From Candidatus Zixiibacteriota bacterium (GTDB lineage: Bacteria > RBG-13-66-14 > B26-G2 > WVWN01): a DNA stretch of 64,000 nt. The DNA lies in the NCBI GenBank assembly GCA_011773985.1, contig WVWN01000078.1, positions 39,151 through 103,150 on the forward strand, in the 5' to 3' direction. Every line of letters begins with the position of its first letter. The stretch's first letter is position 1. The notes below the pieces were generated by a model. That model saw nothing but the letters and a program-made list of their open reading frames with translations, was not told the DNA's origin and ran no database searches. The position numbers were made by a program, and so were the translations under genes. Shown here one piece after another: positions 17,911 through 26,304 of this stretch.

Positions 17911-18810
17911 ATGAAACCAAAGAACCTCCCGGCGCTCGGGCCGCCGGCCATCCAGGTCGACAAGGCCAAGTGTACCGCGTGCAACGTCTGTGTCGAGGCG
18001 TGCCCGCAGGACGTCTACGAGCTGGACGAGTTCGCCGTCGCGGCGTACCCGGAGCGGTGCATAAGCTGCGGCCACTGCGTCGCGCTCTGCCCGGAGGACG
18101 CCGTCGAGCACGAGGCGTACCCGGAGGGCAGGGTAAAGGCCCTCGGCGCGCGCAAGGTGCCTACCGCGGCGGCGCTGGAGACGCTCTTGCGCGCGCGTCG
18201 CTCGGTGCGCGTATTCAAAGATAAGGCCGTTCCGCGCGAGGTGGTGGAGGAGCTTGTCTGCCGGGCGCTCTCGTCGTACCCCAGCGCTCATAACCTCCGG
18301 CCGGTCCGCGTGCTGGCGCTCGTGAACGAGAAGGTTATCAAAAAGGTACGCGACGCGACCGTAGAGTGGTACCGGGCGTCGGCCCGCCGCCTCGAGAACC
18401 CCATCCTCCGCACGATCTACGGCGCGTTGGCGGTAAAGGAGGATAGGTTGGGGGCGTACGCGTTGGTGGATGATATGAAGCGGCTGGTCGAGGCGCACGA
18501 CGCTGGCCGCGACGACCTCTTCCACGACGCGCCGGCGGTCCTCGTCCTCCACGCGCCGGTGGCGACGGTCATGCCGCGGGAGACGGCTTACTACGCCGCG
18601 GCCCAGCTCGTGATGATGGCGGCGGCGATGGGCCTCGGGACGTGCTTCGTCGGTTGGCTCACCGCGGCCGCGGCCCGCAACGAGGAAATCCGGGAGGCGT
18701 TGGGTTTGCCGGAGGAAAGCGGCGTCTTCGCTTCGTTGGCCCTCGGTTATCCGAAATATAAATACCGCCGCGCTATAGGCCGGGACGCCCCCGAGGTCGA
18801 GTGGCGTTGA
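17911..18810 (+). CDS. Nitroreductase family protein with N-terminal 2x[4Fe-4S] domain
   Basis: CTACNVCVEACP, CISCGHCVALCP, RRSVRVFK, PSAHN, GLGTCFVG. Confidence 0.9.
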   Translation: MKPKNLPALGPPAIQVDKAKCTACNVCVEACPQDVYELDEFAVAAYPERCISCGHCVALCPEDAVEHEAYPEGRVKALGARKVPTAAALETLLRARRSVRVFKDKAVPREVVEELVCRALSSYPSAHNLRPVRVLALVNEKVIKKVRDATVEWYRASARRLENPILRTIYGALAVKEDRLGAYALVDDMKRLVEAHDAGRDDLFHDAPAVLVLHAPVATVMPRETAYYAAAQLVMMAAAMGLGTCFVGWLTAAAARNEEIREALGLPEESGVFASLALGYPKYKYRRAIGRDAPEVEWR

Positions 18811-18852
18811 GGTCATCCTTTATAATGGAGGATCAATAGAGCGAGGTACGCG

Positions 18853-19206
18853 ATGAGAACTGTGGTACTTCTGGTTTCAACGTGCGCCCTCGCCGCGGCG
18901 GCCTTCGGCGACGTCGTCGGCGAGTACCAGGGTAGTGGTACCAACCCGGGCGGCCAGGGCTCGTACACCTGCGACGTTGCGATAACGAAGTCGGGCGACG
19001 TCTACGCGGTCCAATGGTTCTTCGACGGCGAGCTCGGCTACGAGGGCGTCGGCATCGTGAAGGACGACCTCTTCTGCGTCGGCTACACCTCCTCCGGTTC
19101 CTACGGCGTCGTCGTTTACGAGGTCAAGGCGGACGGCTCGCTCGACGGGACGTGGACCGGCGCCGGGGCCACTAACGTGGGCACGGAGAAACTTAAGAGG
19201 AAATAA
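18853..19206 (+). CDS. Secreted hypothetical beta-rich protein
   Basis: Signal peptide MRTVVLLVSTCALAAAAFG; RBS GAGGT. Confidence 0.65.
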   Translation: MRTVVLLVSTCALAAAAFGDVVGEYQGSGTNPGGQGSYTCDVAITKSGDVYAVQWFFDGELGYEGVGIVKDDLFCVGYTSSGSYGVVVYEVKADGSLDGTWTGAGATNVGTEKLKRK

Positions 19207-19229
19207 AGGAACCTTTCCGGCGGTGAACC

Positions 19230-20477
19230 GTGGCCACGATCGTAGAAAAGATAATCGCGGCCCACTCCGCGGACGACGTCTACGCCGGCGCGACGGTCTG
19301 GCTCGAGCTTGACGTCCGCGCGGCGCGGGACTTCGGCGGCGCGAGCGTCGTGAAAAATTTCGAGAAGCACTACCCAGGCCAAAAGGTGGCCGAAGCCGGC
19401 AAGACGTTCTTCACCTTCGACTGCGTCGTCCCCGCGAACAACATCCCCTACGCCAATAACCAGCAGCTGTGCCGCGAGTTCGCGGCGCGACAGGGCGTCA
19501 AAGTTTTCGACGTCGACGCCGGCATCGGCTCGCACGTCTTGATGGAGGAAGGGCTCGCCCGCCCGGGCCAGACCGTCGTCAACACCGACAGCCATATGAA
19601 TGTGGTCGGCGCGATCGGCTGCCTCGGCCAGGGCATGGGCGACGCAGATGTTGCTTTTGCCTTCCGCGCAGGCTGGACCTGGCTCGAAGTTCCGCCGTCG
19701 GTCAAAGTAGTATTAAACGGTAAATTCAAATGGCCCACGACGGCGAAGGACCTGGCGCTCGCGCTGTTGCGCGAGTTCGGCTCGAGCCGGTTGCTGGGCA
19801 AGGCGGTGGAATTGTACGGCCCGGCCGCCGAACGCCTTTCTCTCGAGGAAAGGATTACGGTGGCGTCAATGGCGACGGAGATGGGCGCGGTCGGAATCTT
19901 TATGCCGCCGAGCGACGAGGTACTCGAGTGGTGCGGCGGCGCCGCCGGCGCCGAGGTGGAAGGGGTTTACGCCGACGAGGACGCGTCGTACGAGGCGACG
20001 TACGAGCTCGACGTCGACGGCCTCGAGCCGCTGGTGGCGTGTCCGCCGTCCCCGGCTAACGTGAAAAGCGCCAGCGATGTCGCAGGGAGGGAGATCGGCT
20101 CGGCCTTCTTCGGCTCGTGTACCAACGGCCGCCTGGAAGATTTCCGGGCCACGGCGCGCGTGATGTCTGGGCGGCCGGCGGCGGACGGCGTCGTGGCGTA
20201 CGCCGTCCCGGCGACGCGCCGCGTATACGGCGCGATGTTGGCTGAGGGCCTGGCCGCGGAGCTCTTCAGCGCCGGGTTCGTAGTATCCAACGCCGGCTGC
20301 GGCGGCTGCGCTCAGGGCCAGATAGGTATGACTGGCAAAGGTGAAGTCCAGGTCTCGACCTCCAATCGCAACTTCCCCGGCAAACAGGGCGCCGGCGAAA
20401 CGTACTTATGTTCGCCCGCGACGGCCGCGGCGTCGGCTATTATGGGACGCATTACGGACCCGCGGGAGGTAGCCTGA
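19230..20477 (+). CDS. Homoaconitase/isopropylmalate isomerase family large subunit (copy 2, divergent)
   Basis: TDSHMN, GSCTNGR, AGCGGC, STSNRNFPGKQG, CSPATAAASA. Confidence 0.85.
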   Translation: MATIVEKIIAAHSADDVYAGATVWLELDVRAARDFGGASVVKNFEKHYPGQKVAEAGKTFFTFDCVVPANNIPYANNQQLCREFAARQGVKVFDVDAGIGSHVLMEEGLARPGQTVVNTDSHMNVVGAIGCLGQGMGDADVAFAFRAGWTWLEVPPSVKVVLNGKFKWPTTAKDLALALLREFGSSRLLGKAVELYGPAAERLSLEERITVASMATEMGAVGIFMPPSDEVLEWCGGAAGAEVEGVYADEDASYEATYELDVDGLEPLVACPPSPANVKSASDVAGREIGSAFFGSCTNGRLEDFRATARVMSGRPAADGVVAYAVPATRRVYGAMLAEGLAAELFSAGFVVSNAGCGGCAQGQIGMTGKGEVQVSTSNRNFPGKQGAGETYLCSPATAAASAIMGRITDPREVA

Positions 20478-21013
20478 TGGCGGCGAGGCCTTTTGTACTC
20501 GAAGGCCCGGTTTGGCCCATTGTAGGAGCGTTAGGGACTTTTCTGAACGACGTAGACACGGACCAAATCTATCACAACGCCCACCTCGCCGTTACCGACG
20601 TTGACGAGATGGGCCAATACGCTTTCGGCAACCTCGCGGGCTGGGAGGATTTCCCGAAGAAAGCGAAGCCGGGCGACATACTCGCGGTGGGCGCGAACTT
20701 CGGCGCGGGCTCGAGCCGTCAGCATGCGGTGGATTGCTTCCGCGCGCTGGGCGTCGCCGGCGTCGTCGGCTTATCCTTCGGCGCTATCTACAAGCGGAAC
20801 GCGACCAATGCCGGCTGGCCGCTTATGGAATGCCCGCGACTGGCCGAGCTCGAGCTGGCGCCGGGCGACGTTTTGAGGATGAACCTGGAGACGGGCAAGG
20901 TGGCGAACGTAACGAAGGGCAAAGCGGTACCGGCGCGGCCGTTCTCGCGCGTCCAAAAGGATATTTACTCTGCGGGGGGCCTACTCGCGTACGGCGCGAA
21001 ACTCGCCAGCTGA
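20477..21013 (+). CDS. Homoaconitase/isopropylmalate isomerase family small subunit (copy 2)
   Basis: DVDTDQIY, NFGAGSSRQHA, SFGAIYKRNATNAGWP; ATG overlaps the upstream TGA. Confidence 0.85.
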   Translation: MAARPFVLEGPVWPIVGALGTFLNDVDTDQIYHNAHLAVTDVDEMGQYAFGNLAGWEDFPKKAKPGDILAVGANFGAGSSRQHAVDCFRALGVAGVVGLSFGAIYKRNATNAGWPLMECPRLAELELAPGDVLRMNLETGKVANVTKGKAVPARPFSRVQKDIYSAGGLLAYGAKLAS

Positions 21014-21023
21014 GGCGAAGTGC

Positions 21024-22166
21024 TCACGAAACCGCTTTCGTGAATTTAAGGCCCCTGGCCTCCAACGCCGCGACGAATGGCTCCGGCTCGAGCGCTACTT
21101 CTGGCGGGTAAGCGCCGGCTTTTTTTATTACCCCTTGAGCCAACATAGCCGCGGCGACGGCGACCGGGAAGCCGGTCGTCCGTTGCATCGCCGTTAAGGC
21201 GCTCGCGGCGTCGGCGTAGTCGACGAGCTCGTACGTGGCGACCCTATTCTCGCCGCGGGCCTTTCCTGCGGCCCGGCAAAGGACGAGGACGACGTCGTCG
21301 TTGCCCTCGGGCAGGGCGGAGGCGAGCCGTTCGGCGAGCACCTCGTGGGGTCTGCGTCGCACGCCGCCCGCCGAGATTGCTTCGCCGCTCGCGAGGCCGA
21401 GGTCGAAGAGGAGTTTCACTGCGGCGCAGTGGCCCGGGTACCTGATGGTTTTGTAATCCAATTCCCGCACGCGCCCGCGGTACGTATACGGGAGGGTGGA
21501 GGCGCCGCCGGAGGTATGGAACGCTTCTACGCGCCCTACGGGCGGGAAATCGAACTCCTCGACGCCGGTGAGCGGCGGTACGGTCGCGACGTCGCCGTCT
21601 TTCAATATGAGGCACGGCTCGGCGTATTCGTTAATCAAACCTTGTACCGAAAATAGGAGGGCGTAGTTGAGTGGCGGCTGCGGCTCGCGCGGCAGGCCGC
21701 CGATGCGTATGTGTACTTCCCAAACCTCGTCGAAGGATGATATCAACCTTGCCGCAAGAACGTTCGTAATCCCCGGCGCAAGGCCCATATCGGGAATTAT
21801 CGTTACGCCCGCCGCCCGGGCCTCGTCGTCGAGCGCGAGCTCCGCGCGAACGACGTCGGTATTGCCGCCCATGTCGACGAAATGGGAGCCGGCAGCTACG
21901 GCGGCGCGCGCGAGCGTAGGATTATGTCGGTACGGCGTCGCGGCGACGCATACGTCGTGTCCGGCGATGAGTTCTCGGGTGGCCGCTTCGTCGACGGCGT
22001 CGATGGCCGCGGCTCGAGCTAAGCGGCCGCCACGCTTAGCGCAAAGTCTCTGGGCTCGCGCGACGCGTTCGTCGGCGACGGTTATCGCGTCGAAAGTTCG
22101 GTGGGTGACGAAGTCGTATAGAACGGCCTCGGCCATGCGGCCGGCGCCGATTATTACGGCCTTCAT
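21024..22166 (-). CDS. Saccharopine dehydrogenase / lysine 6-dehydrogenase family protein
   Basis: RBS AGGAGG, MKAVIIGAGRM; GLAPGITN, GGLP..PQPPLNY, EAFHTSGGASTL, YKTIRYPGH. Confidence 0.85.
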   Translation of the reverse strand: MKAVIIGAGRMAEAVLYDFVTHRTFDAITVADERVARAQRLCAKRGGRLARAAAIDAVDEAATRELIAGHDVCVAATPYRHNPTLARAAVAAGSHFVDMGGNTDVVRAELALDDEARAAGVTIIPDMGLAPGITNVLAARLISSFDEVWEVHIRIGGLPREPQPPLNYALLFSVQGLINEYAEPCLILKDGDVATVPPLTGVEEFDFPPVGRVEAFHTSGGASTLPYTYRGRVRELDYKTIRYPGHCAAVKLLFDLGLASGEAISAGGVRRRPHEVLAERLASALPEGNDDVVLVLCRAAGKARGENRVATYELVDYADAASALTAMQRTTGFPVAVAAAMLAQGVIKKAGAYPPEVALEPEPFVAALEARGLKFTKAVS

Positions 22167-22464
22167 TCCTGGCCTCCTGTTAACACCGCAATAATTATCC
22201 GAGTTAAATTTACCAAGCGGCGCTGTCAAGGGTTTGCTTTGTTAATTAAGCCGCCAAGGGCGCTGGAGTTGTAGTCGCTATCGAATCCTCGGGCCGAGGC
22301 CGAGAACAACGATTTTGAGGTCGGCCGAGTACTTACGGGAAAAGCGCCACGGCCGGAGGGCTTATCGCCGCCGCTATGGCCGATCGGGGGACGTGAGTTG
22401 TCGATGTTTTAAATGTGAAGGGGGGCTGGCTCCGAGCCGGCTTTCGACGGGAGGAAATGGGGTA

Positions 22465-23907
22465 TCACTTCCAGTGGCCGCTGATGAACTCCTCGACCTC
22501 TGGAAGGCCCCCTTGGAGGATTAGGTAGCCGTTGGTGGGCTCGCGGTCGGTAATCTCGCCGGCGACGGGGGTGAGCATTATCCTCCTGACCTCGTCAAGG
22601 TCGTCGGTCCGACCGAGGGCCCAACAAAGCTTAACGTACGCGACCTCCGGCAGCATGTTCTGGGCGGGGATGACGCCGAGGCGTTGCATGTCGCGGCCGG
22701 TCTCGTAGACATCCATGTGGACGTAACCCCATAGCGTTTGGACCGTCATATACACAGCGACGCGGGCCTCCTGGGCGCGCTTGAGTGCCGGGTAGCACGG
22801 CTTGTTGACGTGGCCGAGGCCCGTCCCGGCAATGACGATGCCGCGATAGCCCAGGTCGACGAGCGCGTCGAGGATGTCCGGATACATATTCGGGTAATAA
22901 TATATCAACGCCACGCGCTCCTCGAAGGCGGTGTTGAGTACGCATTTGCGGTCGCCGGGGCGGCGCCGGGCGTAATCGTCGCGCAGGGGCGCGATACGCT
23001 CGCGGTTTACGGTCGCGAGCGGGACGTCGCCGATTGTGCGGAACGTTGAGCGGTAGGAGGAGTGCATCTTGCGGACGCGGGTGCCGCGGTGGAGGAGGCC
23101 GTACAGGTCCGAGGTGGGCCCGAACATACACACCATAACCTCGGCTATATCCGATTCCGCCGCGGCTTTAGCGGCGTGGATGAGGTTGAGCGCGGCGTCG
23201 GAGGAGGGGCGGTCGCTGGAGCGCTGGCTCCCGACGAGGACGACGGGGACGGGCGATTTCTGGACCATAAACGAGAGGACCGCGGCGGTGTGGTGCATGG
23301 TATCGGTGCCGTGGCCCACGACGATGCCGTCGACGCCCTTTTCGATCTCGCGGGCGATGGCCTTCGCGAGCACTACGTACTCTTGGGCCCCCATATTTTC
23401 AGAGAAGACGCCAAAGAGCTTCTCGGTTTCTAGATTACAGATGTCGGCGAGTTCCGGGACCGCGCCGTACAACTCGCCGGGCGTGAAGGCCGGAATGACG
23501 GCGCCGGTGCGGTAGTCGAGGCGGGAGGCGATGGTGCCGCCGGTTCCCAGGAGTTTGACGAACGGCCGGCCTTCCTTGAAGGGGAATTCCTTTTCCGGTA
23601 TCTTGTAGTGGGCGACGGCGTACCCGGTCTCTTTTATATCGGTTATAGCGTCGACGGCCACGCCGACATTATAACCGGAGGCGATCTTGATGACTATGTG
23701 CTGGTCGTCGCCGGACTCGGCGCGGGGGAGAACCCGTCCCTCGAAGCGGCCCCGGCTCGAGTCGATGAGGACATCGCTCCAGACTTTGACGCCGAATTTT
23801 TTTAGGCATTCGAGGGCGGCACCGCGGTAACCTTTGTGGAGATCTTGTGCCGGGGCCTTTGGAGCCTTTTTCCGTACCGTATTTTTATTTCGGGGCGGGC
23901 GAGCCAT
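22465..23907 (-). CDS. gatD: Glu-tRNA(Gln) amidotransferase subunit D (archaeal type)
   Basis: N-terminal extension with KIASGYNVGV, then asparaginase domain GTGGTIASRLDYRTGAV, HGTDTM, GSQRSSDRPSSD, HRGTRVRKMHSS. Confidence 0.9.
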   Translation of the reverse strand: MARPPRNKNTVRKKAPKAPAQDLHKGYRGAALECLKKFGVKVWSDVLIDSSRGRFEGRVLPRAESGDDQHIVIKIASGYNVGVAVDAITDIKETGYAVAHYKIPEKEFPFKEGRPFVKLLGTGGTIASRLDYRTGAVIPAFTPGELYGAVPELADICNLETEKLFGVFSENMGAQEYVVLAKAIAREIEKGVDGIVVGHGTDTMHHTAAVLSFMVQKSPVPVVLVGSQRSSDRPSSDAALNLIHAAKAAAESDIAEVMVCMFGPTSDLYGLLHRGTRVRKMHSSYRSTFRTIGDVPLATVNRERIAPLRDDYARRRPGDRKCVLNTAFEERVALIYYYPNMYPDILDALVDLGYRGIVIAGTGLGHVNKPCYPALKRAQEARVAVYMTVQTLWGYVHMDVYETGRDMQRLGVIPAQNMLPEVAYVKLCWALGRTDDLDEVRRIMLTPVAGEITDREPTNGYLILQGGLPEVEEFISGHWK

Positions 23908-24000
23908 CGCGGAATTATAAATTAATATTGAGCTGTAATGTTAATTTTTTTATAATATCGGAGAGGCTGAAGGTTTTGCGAAGCGGCGAGGTGTATCGTA

Positions 24001-25428
24001 TTGTCGGTACTCCGTAGATTTTACGAGCGGGAATCGTTCTGCGACCTCTTCCGAGCTTTCGTAATGAACCGGCGGGTCCGCGCCGCGGCGGTCCCGTTCA
24101 TCGAGAAGTTGTTGTATAAGAAGGTGGTGGAGGAAGATACTATCGGCCGGTCCCCGGGAATCCAACGCGATAAATACTATATGATGGTGGCCATCCTCCA
24201 TAGCGTAGACCGCGGCTTGAGGCGGGGAGCGTTTTCCAAACACGTAGTAAACCGCCTGTTCAAGGTTTTCGTCGAGAACGTTCTTTTAAACGAAAGTCCT
24301 CGCCGCGTAAAGGAGAAGACCGGCCGGTGGCCGCCGTTCTTCGTAACTATAAGCCCGACGCAACGTTGTAATTTGAATTGCCAGGGTTGTTATGCGGCGT
24401 CGCGCCCGGGCGCAGTGGCGCAGCTCGAGTACGACGTCGTGGCCGAGGTGCTCTCGCAAAAGCGCCGCTTGTGGGGTTCCTTCTTCACGGTGATTTCCGG
24501 GGGCGAGCCTTTTTTATGGAACGATGGCGGGAAGGGCATATTCGACCTCGCCGCGGATTTCCCGGACGAGTTCTTTATTCTGTTCACCAACGGCACCTTA
24601 ATCGGGGCCGACGTTGCGCGGCGGCTTGAGGAGCTCGGGAATATAACGCCTGCCATTTCACTCGAGGGGTTCGCAGCCGAAACGGACCGCCGCCGCGGCC
24701 GGGGCGTTTTCGATAAAATTTTGGCGGCCTTCGAGGAGCTGCGCGGCGCCGGCGTGCCTTTCGGAATTTCGGTTACGGTCATCCGCGACAACGCGGAAGT
24801 CGTTATGGGGCGTGAGTTCTCCGATTTCTTTTTCCGGGAGCAGGGGGCGATATACGGTTGGATTTTCCAGTATATGCCGATCGGCCGGGCGCCTGCGCTG
24901 GAGTTGATGGTGACGCCGGAACAACGGCTGAGGATGTACCGCCGCTTGGTTGAGATGATAAGGGACGAACGGTTGCTCGCGGTCGATTTCTGGAACTCCG
25001 GGCCGGTTACGAACGGTTGCATGGCCGCCGGGCGGCCGTTCGGATACCTCCATATAGACTGGCACGGCAACGCCACGCCCTGCGTGTTCGTGCCGTACAC
25101 GGCCGGGAACGTGCGCGATATATTCGCGCGGGGCGGCGACCTCAACGAGGTTCTCGAGTCGGGTTTGTTCGCGGATATCCGGCGATGGCAGAACGAATAC
25201 GGGTACGACCACGGCTGCGGGAGGAGCGGCGATTGGATCGCGCCGTGCGTGAACCGCGACCACTACCGAGTCCTGAGGGAGGCTATCGAGCTTAGCGGGG
25301 CGAAGCCCATCGACGATTCGGCCGCCGCGGCGCTCGCGGACGAAGAATACGCGCGGGGCCTCGCCGCTTACGGCGACGACTTCCGCACCCTCGCCGACGA
25401 CGTCTGGGAGCGGGAGTATCTAAGTTAA
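24001..25428 (+). CDS. Radical SAM protein with SPASM/twitch-like C-terminus (paralog A)
   Basis: ISPTQRCNLNCQGCYA, ISGGEP, FTNGTLI, DFWNSGP..GC...PCVF. Confidence 0.9.
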   Translation: MSVLRRFYERESFCDLFRAFVMNRRVRAAAVPFIEKLLYKKVVEEDTIGRSPGIQRDKYYMMVAILHSVDRGLRRGAFSKHVVNRLFKVFVENVLLNESPRRVKEKTGRWPPFFVTISPTQRCNLNCQGCYAASRPGAVAQLEYDVVAEVLSQKRRLWGSFFTVISGGEPFLWNDGGKGIFDLAADFPDEFFILFTNGTLIGADVARRLEELGNITPAISLEGFAAETDRRRGRGVFDKILAAFEELRGAGVPFGISVTVIRDNAEVVMGREFSDFFFREQGAIYGWIFQYMPIGRAPALELMVTPEQRLRMYRRLVEMIRDERLLAVDFWNSGPVTNGCMAAGRPFGYLHIDWHGNATPCVFVPYTAGNVRDIFARGGDLNEVLESGLFADIRRWQNEYGYDHGCGRSGDWIAPCVNRDHYRVLREAIELSGAKPIDDSAAAALADEEYARGLAAYGDDFRTLADDVWEREYLS

Positions 25429-25446
25429 CGCGGCTGGTACGGGGTT

Positions 25447-26286
25447 CTAAGGCGGGGGCGATAACCGATATTTCGTGAGTAGGACGAAGAGCGCCGTCGT
25501 GGGGTCGGGGTGCGATTCGTCGCGGGCGACGTAAGGCCAGCCGCCGTCGTCGTTTTGTGTTTCCGCTAAGAGTTTAAGGCATTCTTGAACGTCGGCGTCG
25601 GGCGCGCGCCGGCCGAGGGCGAGGAGGGCCGGCAGCGGGTTTTCGACGGGATTACGCCACCGGCCTTTCTGCCGTGCGAATGCCCCCGGCAGGCCGGCGA
25701 AGACGTCGTGATTGGGAGCTACGCCCGCGGCGAGTAGGCCTGAGACCACGGCGGGAATCGCCCACAAATCGGTTCGGTCGGGGTAGTCTTTGGCAATTTG
25801 GCCCGGCCAGCCCCCGTCCTTGTTCCGCGTGCGCAATAGAAGGGAGCGCGCGCGATTTGTATTTTCGTTGAAGCCGCCCACCGCCGAAAGCGCCACTATC
25901 GCGTCGCCCGTTATCCACGTTACCGAATTTCGCGCGGAAAACCATTCCCACTCGGGTTTGAGGTTGGCGGCTAACGCGGGATTCTCGGAGAAGCCGCCGT
26001 CGGGTCGCTGCATCGCGGCAAGCCAGCTCGCCCCTTTCTTCGCGGCTTCCGCCGCCTCCGCCCGCGCGAGCAATTCCACGCGCCGGGCCGTTACCGGGAC
26101 GCTGCCTAGTTCGCTTTTAGCGCCGGTGCCTACGAACGAACCGTCGTCATTTTGGACCGCGGTTACTTCGGCGGCGAGGTCGGCCTTCGCTCGCGGTACT
26201 GCGCCGCCGGCTAAGCTGAGCTCGAGGTAATGATGGGCCTTCCCGGCCGCGACGACGTACGCCGCCGCCCTCGCAAGCGATTCCAT
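25447..26286 (-). CDS. Prenyltransferase/squalene-cyclase repeat (alpha-alpha toroid) protein
   Basis: Repeated QNDDGSF, QRPDGGF, RNKDGGW, QNDDGGW motifs. Confidence 0.7.
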   Translation of the reverse strand: MESLARAAAYVVAAGKAHHYLELSLAGGAVPRAKADLAAEVTAVQNDDGSFVGTGAKSELGSVPVTARRVELLARAEAAEAAKKGASWLAAMQRPDGGFSENPALAANLKPEWEWFSARNSVTWITGDAIVALSAVGGFNENTNRARSLLLRTRNKDGGWPGQIAKDYPDRTDLWAIPAVVSGLLAAGVAPNHDVFAGLPGAFARQKGRWRNPVENPLPALLALGRRAPDADVQECLKLLAETQNDDGGWPYVARDESHPDPTTALFVLLTKYRLSPPP

Positions 26287-26304
26287 CTTCCCTTCCTCTC
26301 CAGG

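Noticed and set aside
11695..21013. Leucine biosynthesis operon (leuBCD)
   Set aside because: No leuA or ilv genes are present, the dehydrogenase motifs are not LeuB-typical, and substrate cannot be assigned from sequence
22170..22464. Lysine riboswitch or other ncRNA upstream of the lysine-DH-like gene
   Set aside because: No recognisable conserved riboswitch motifs or convincing structure by eye; an Rfam scan would be needed
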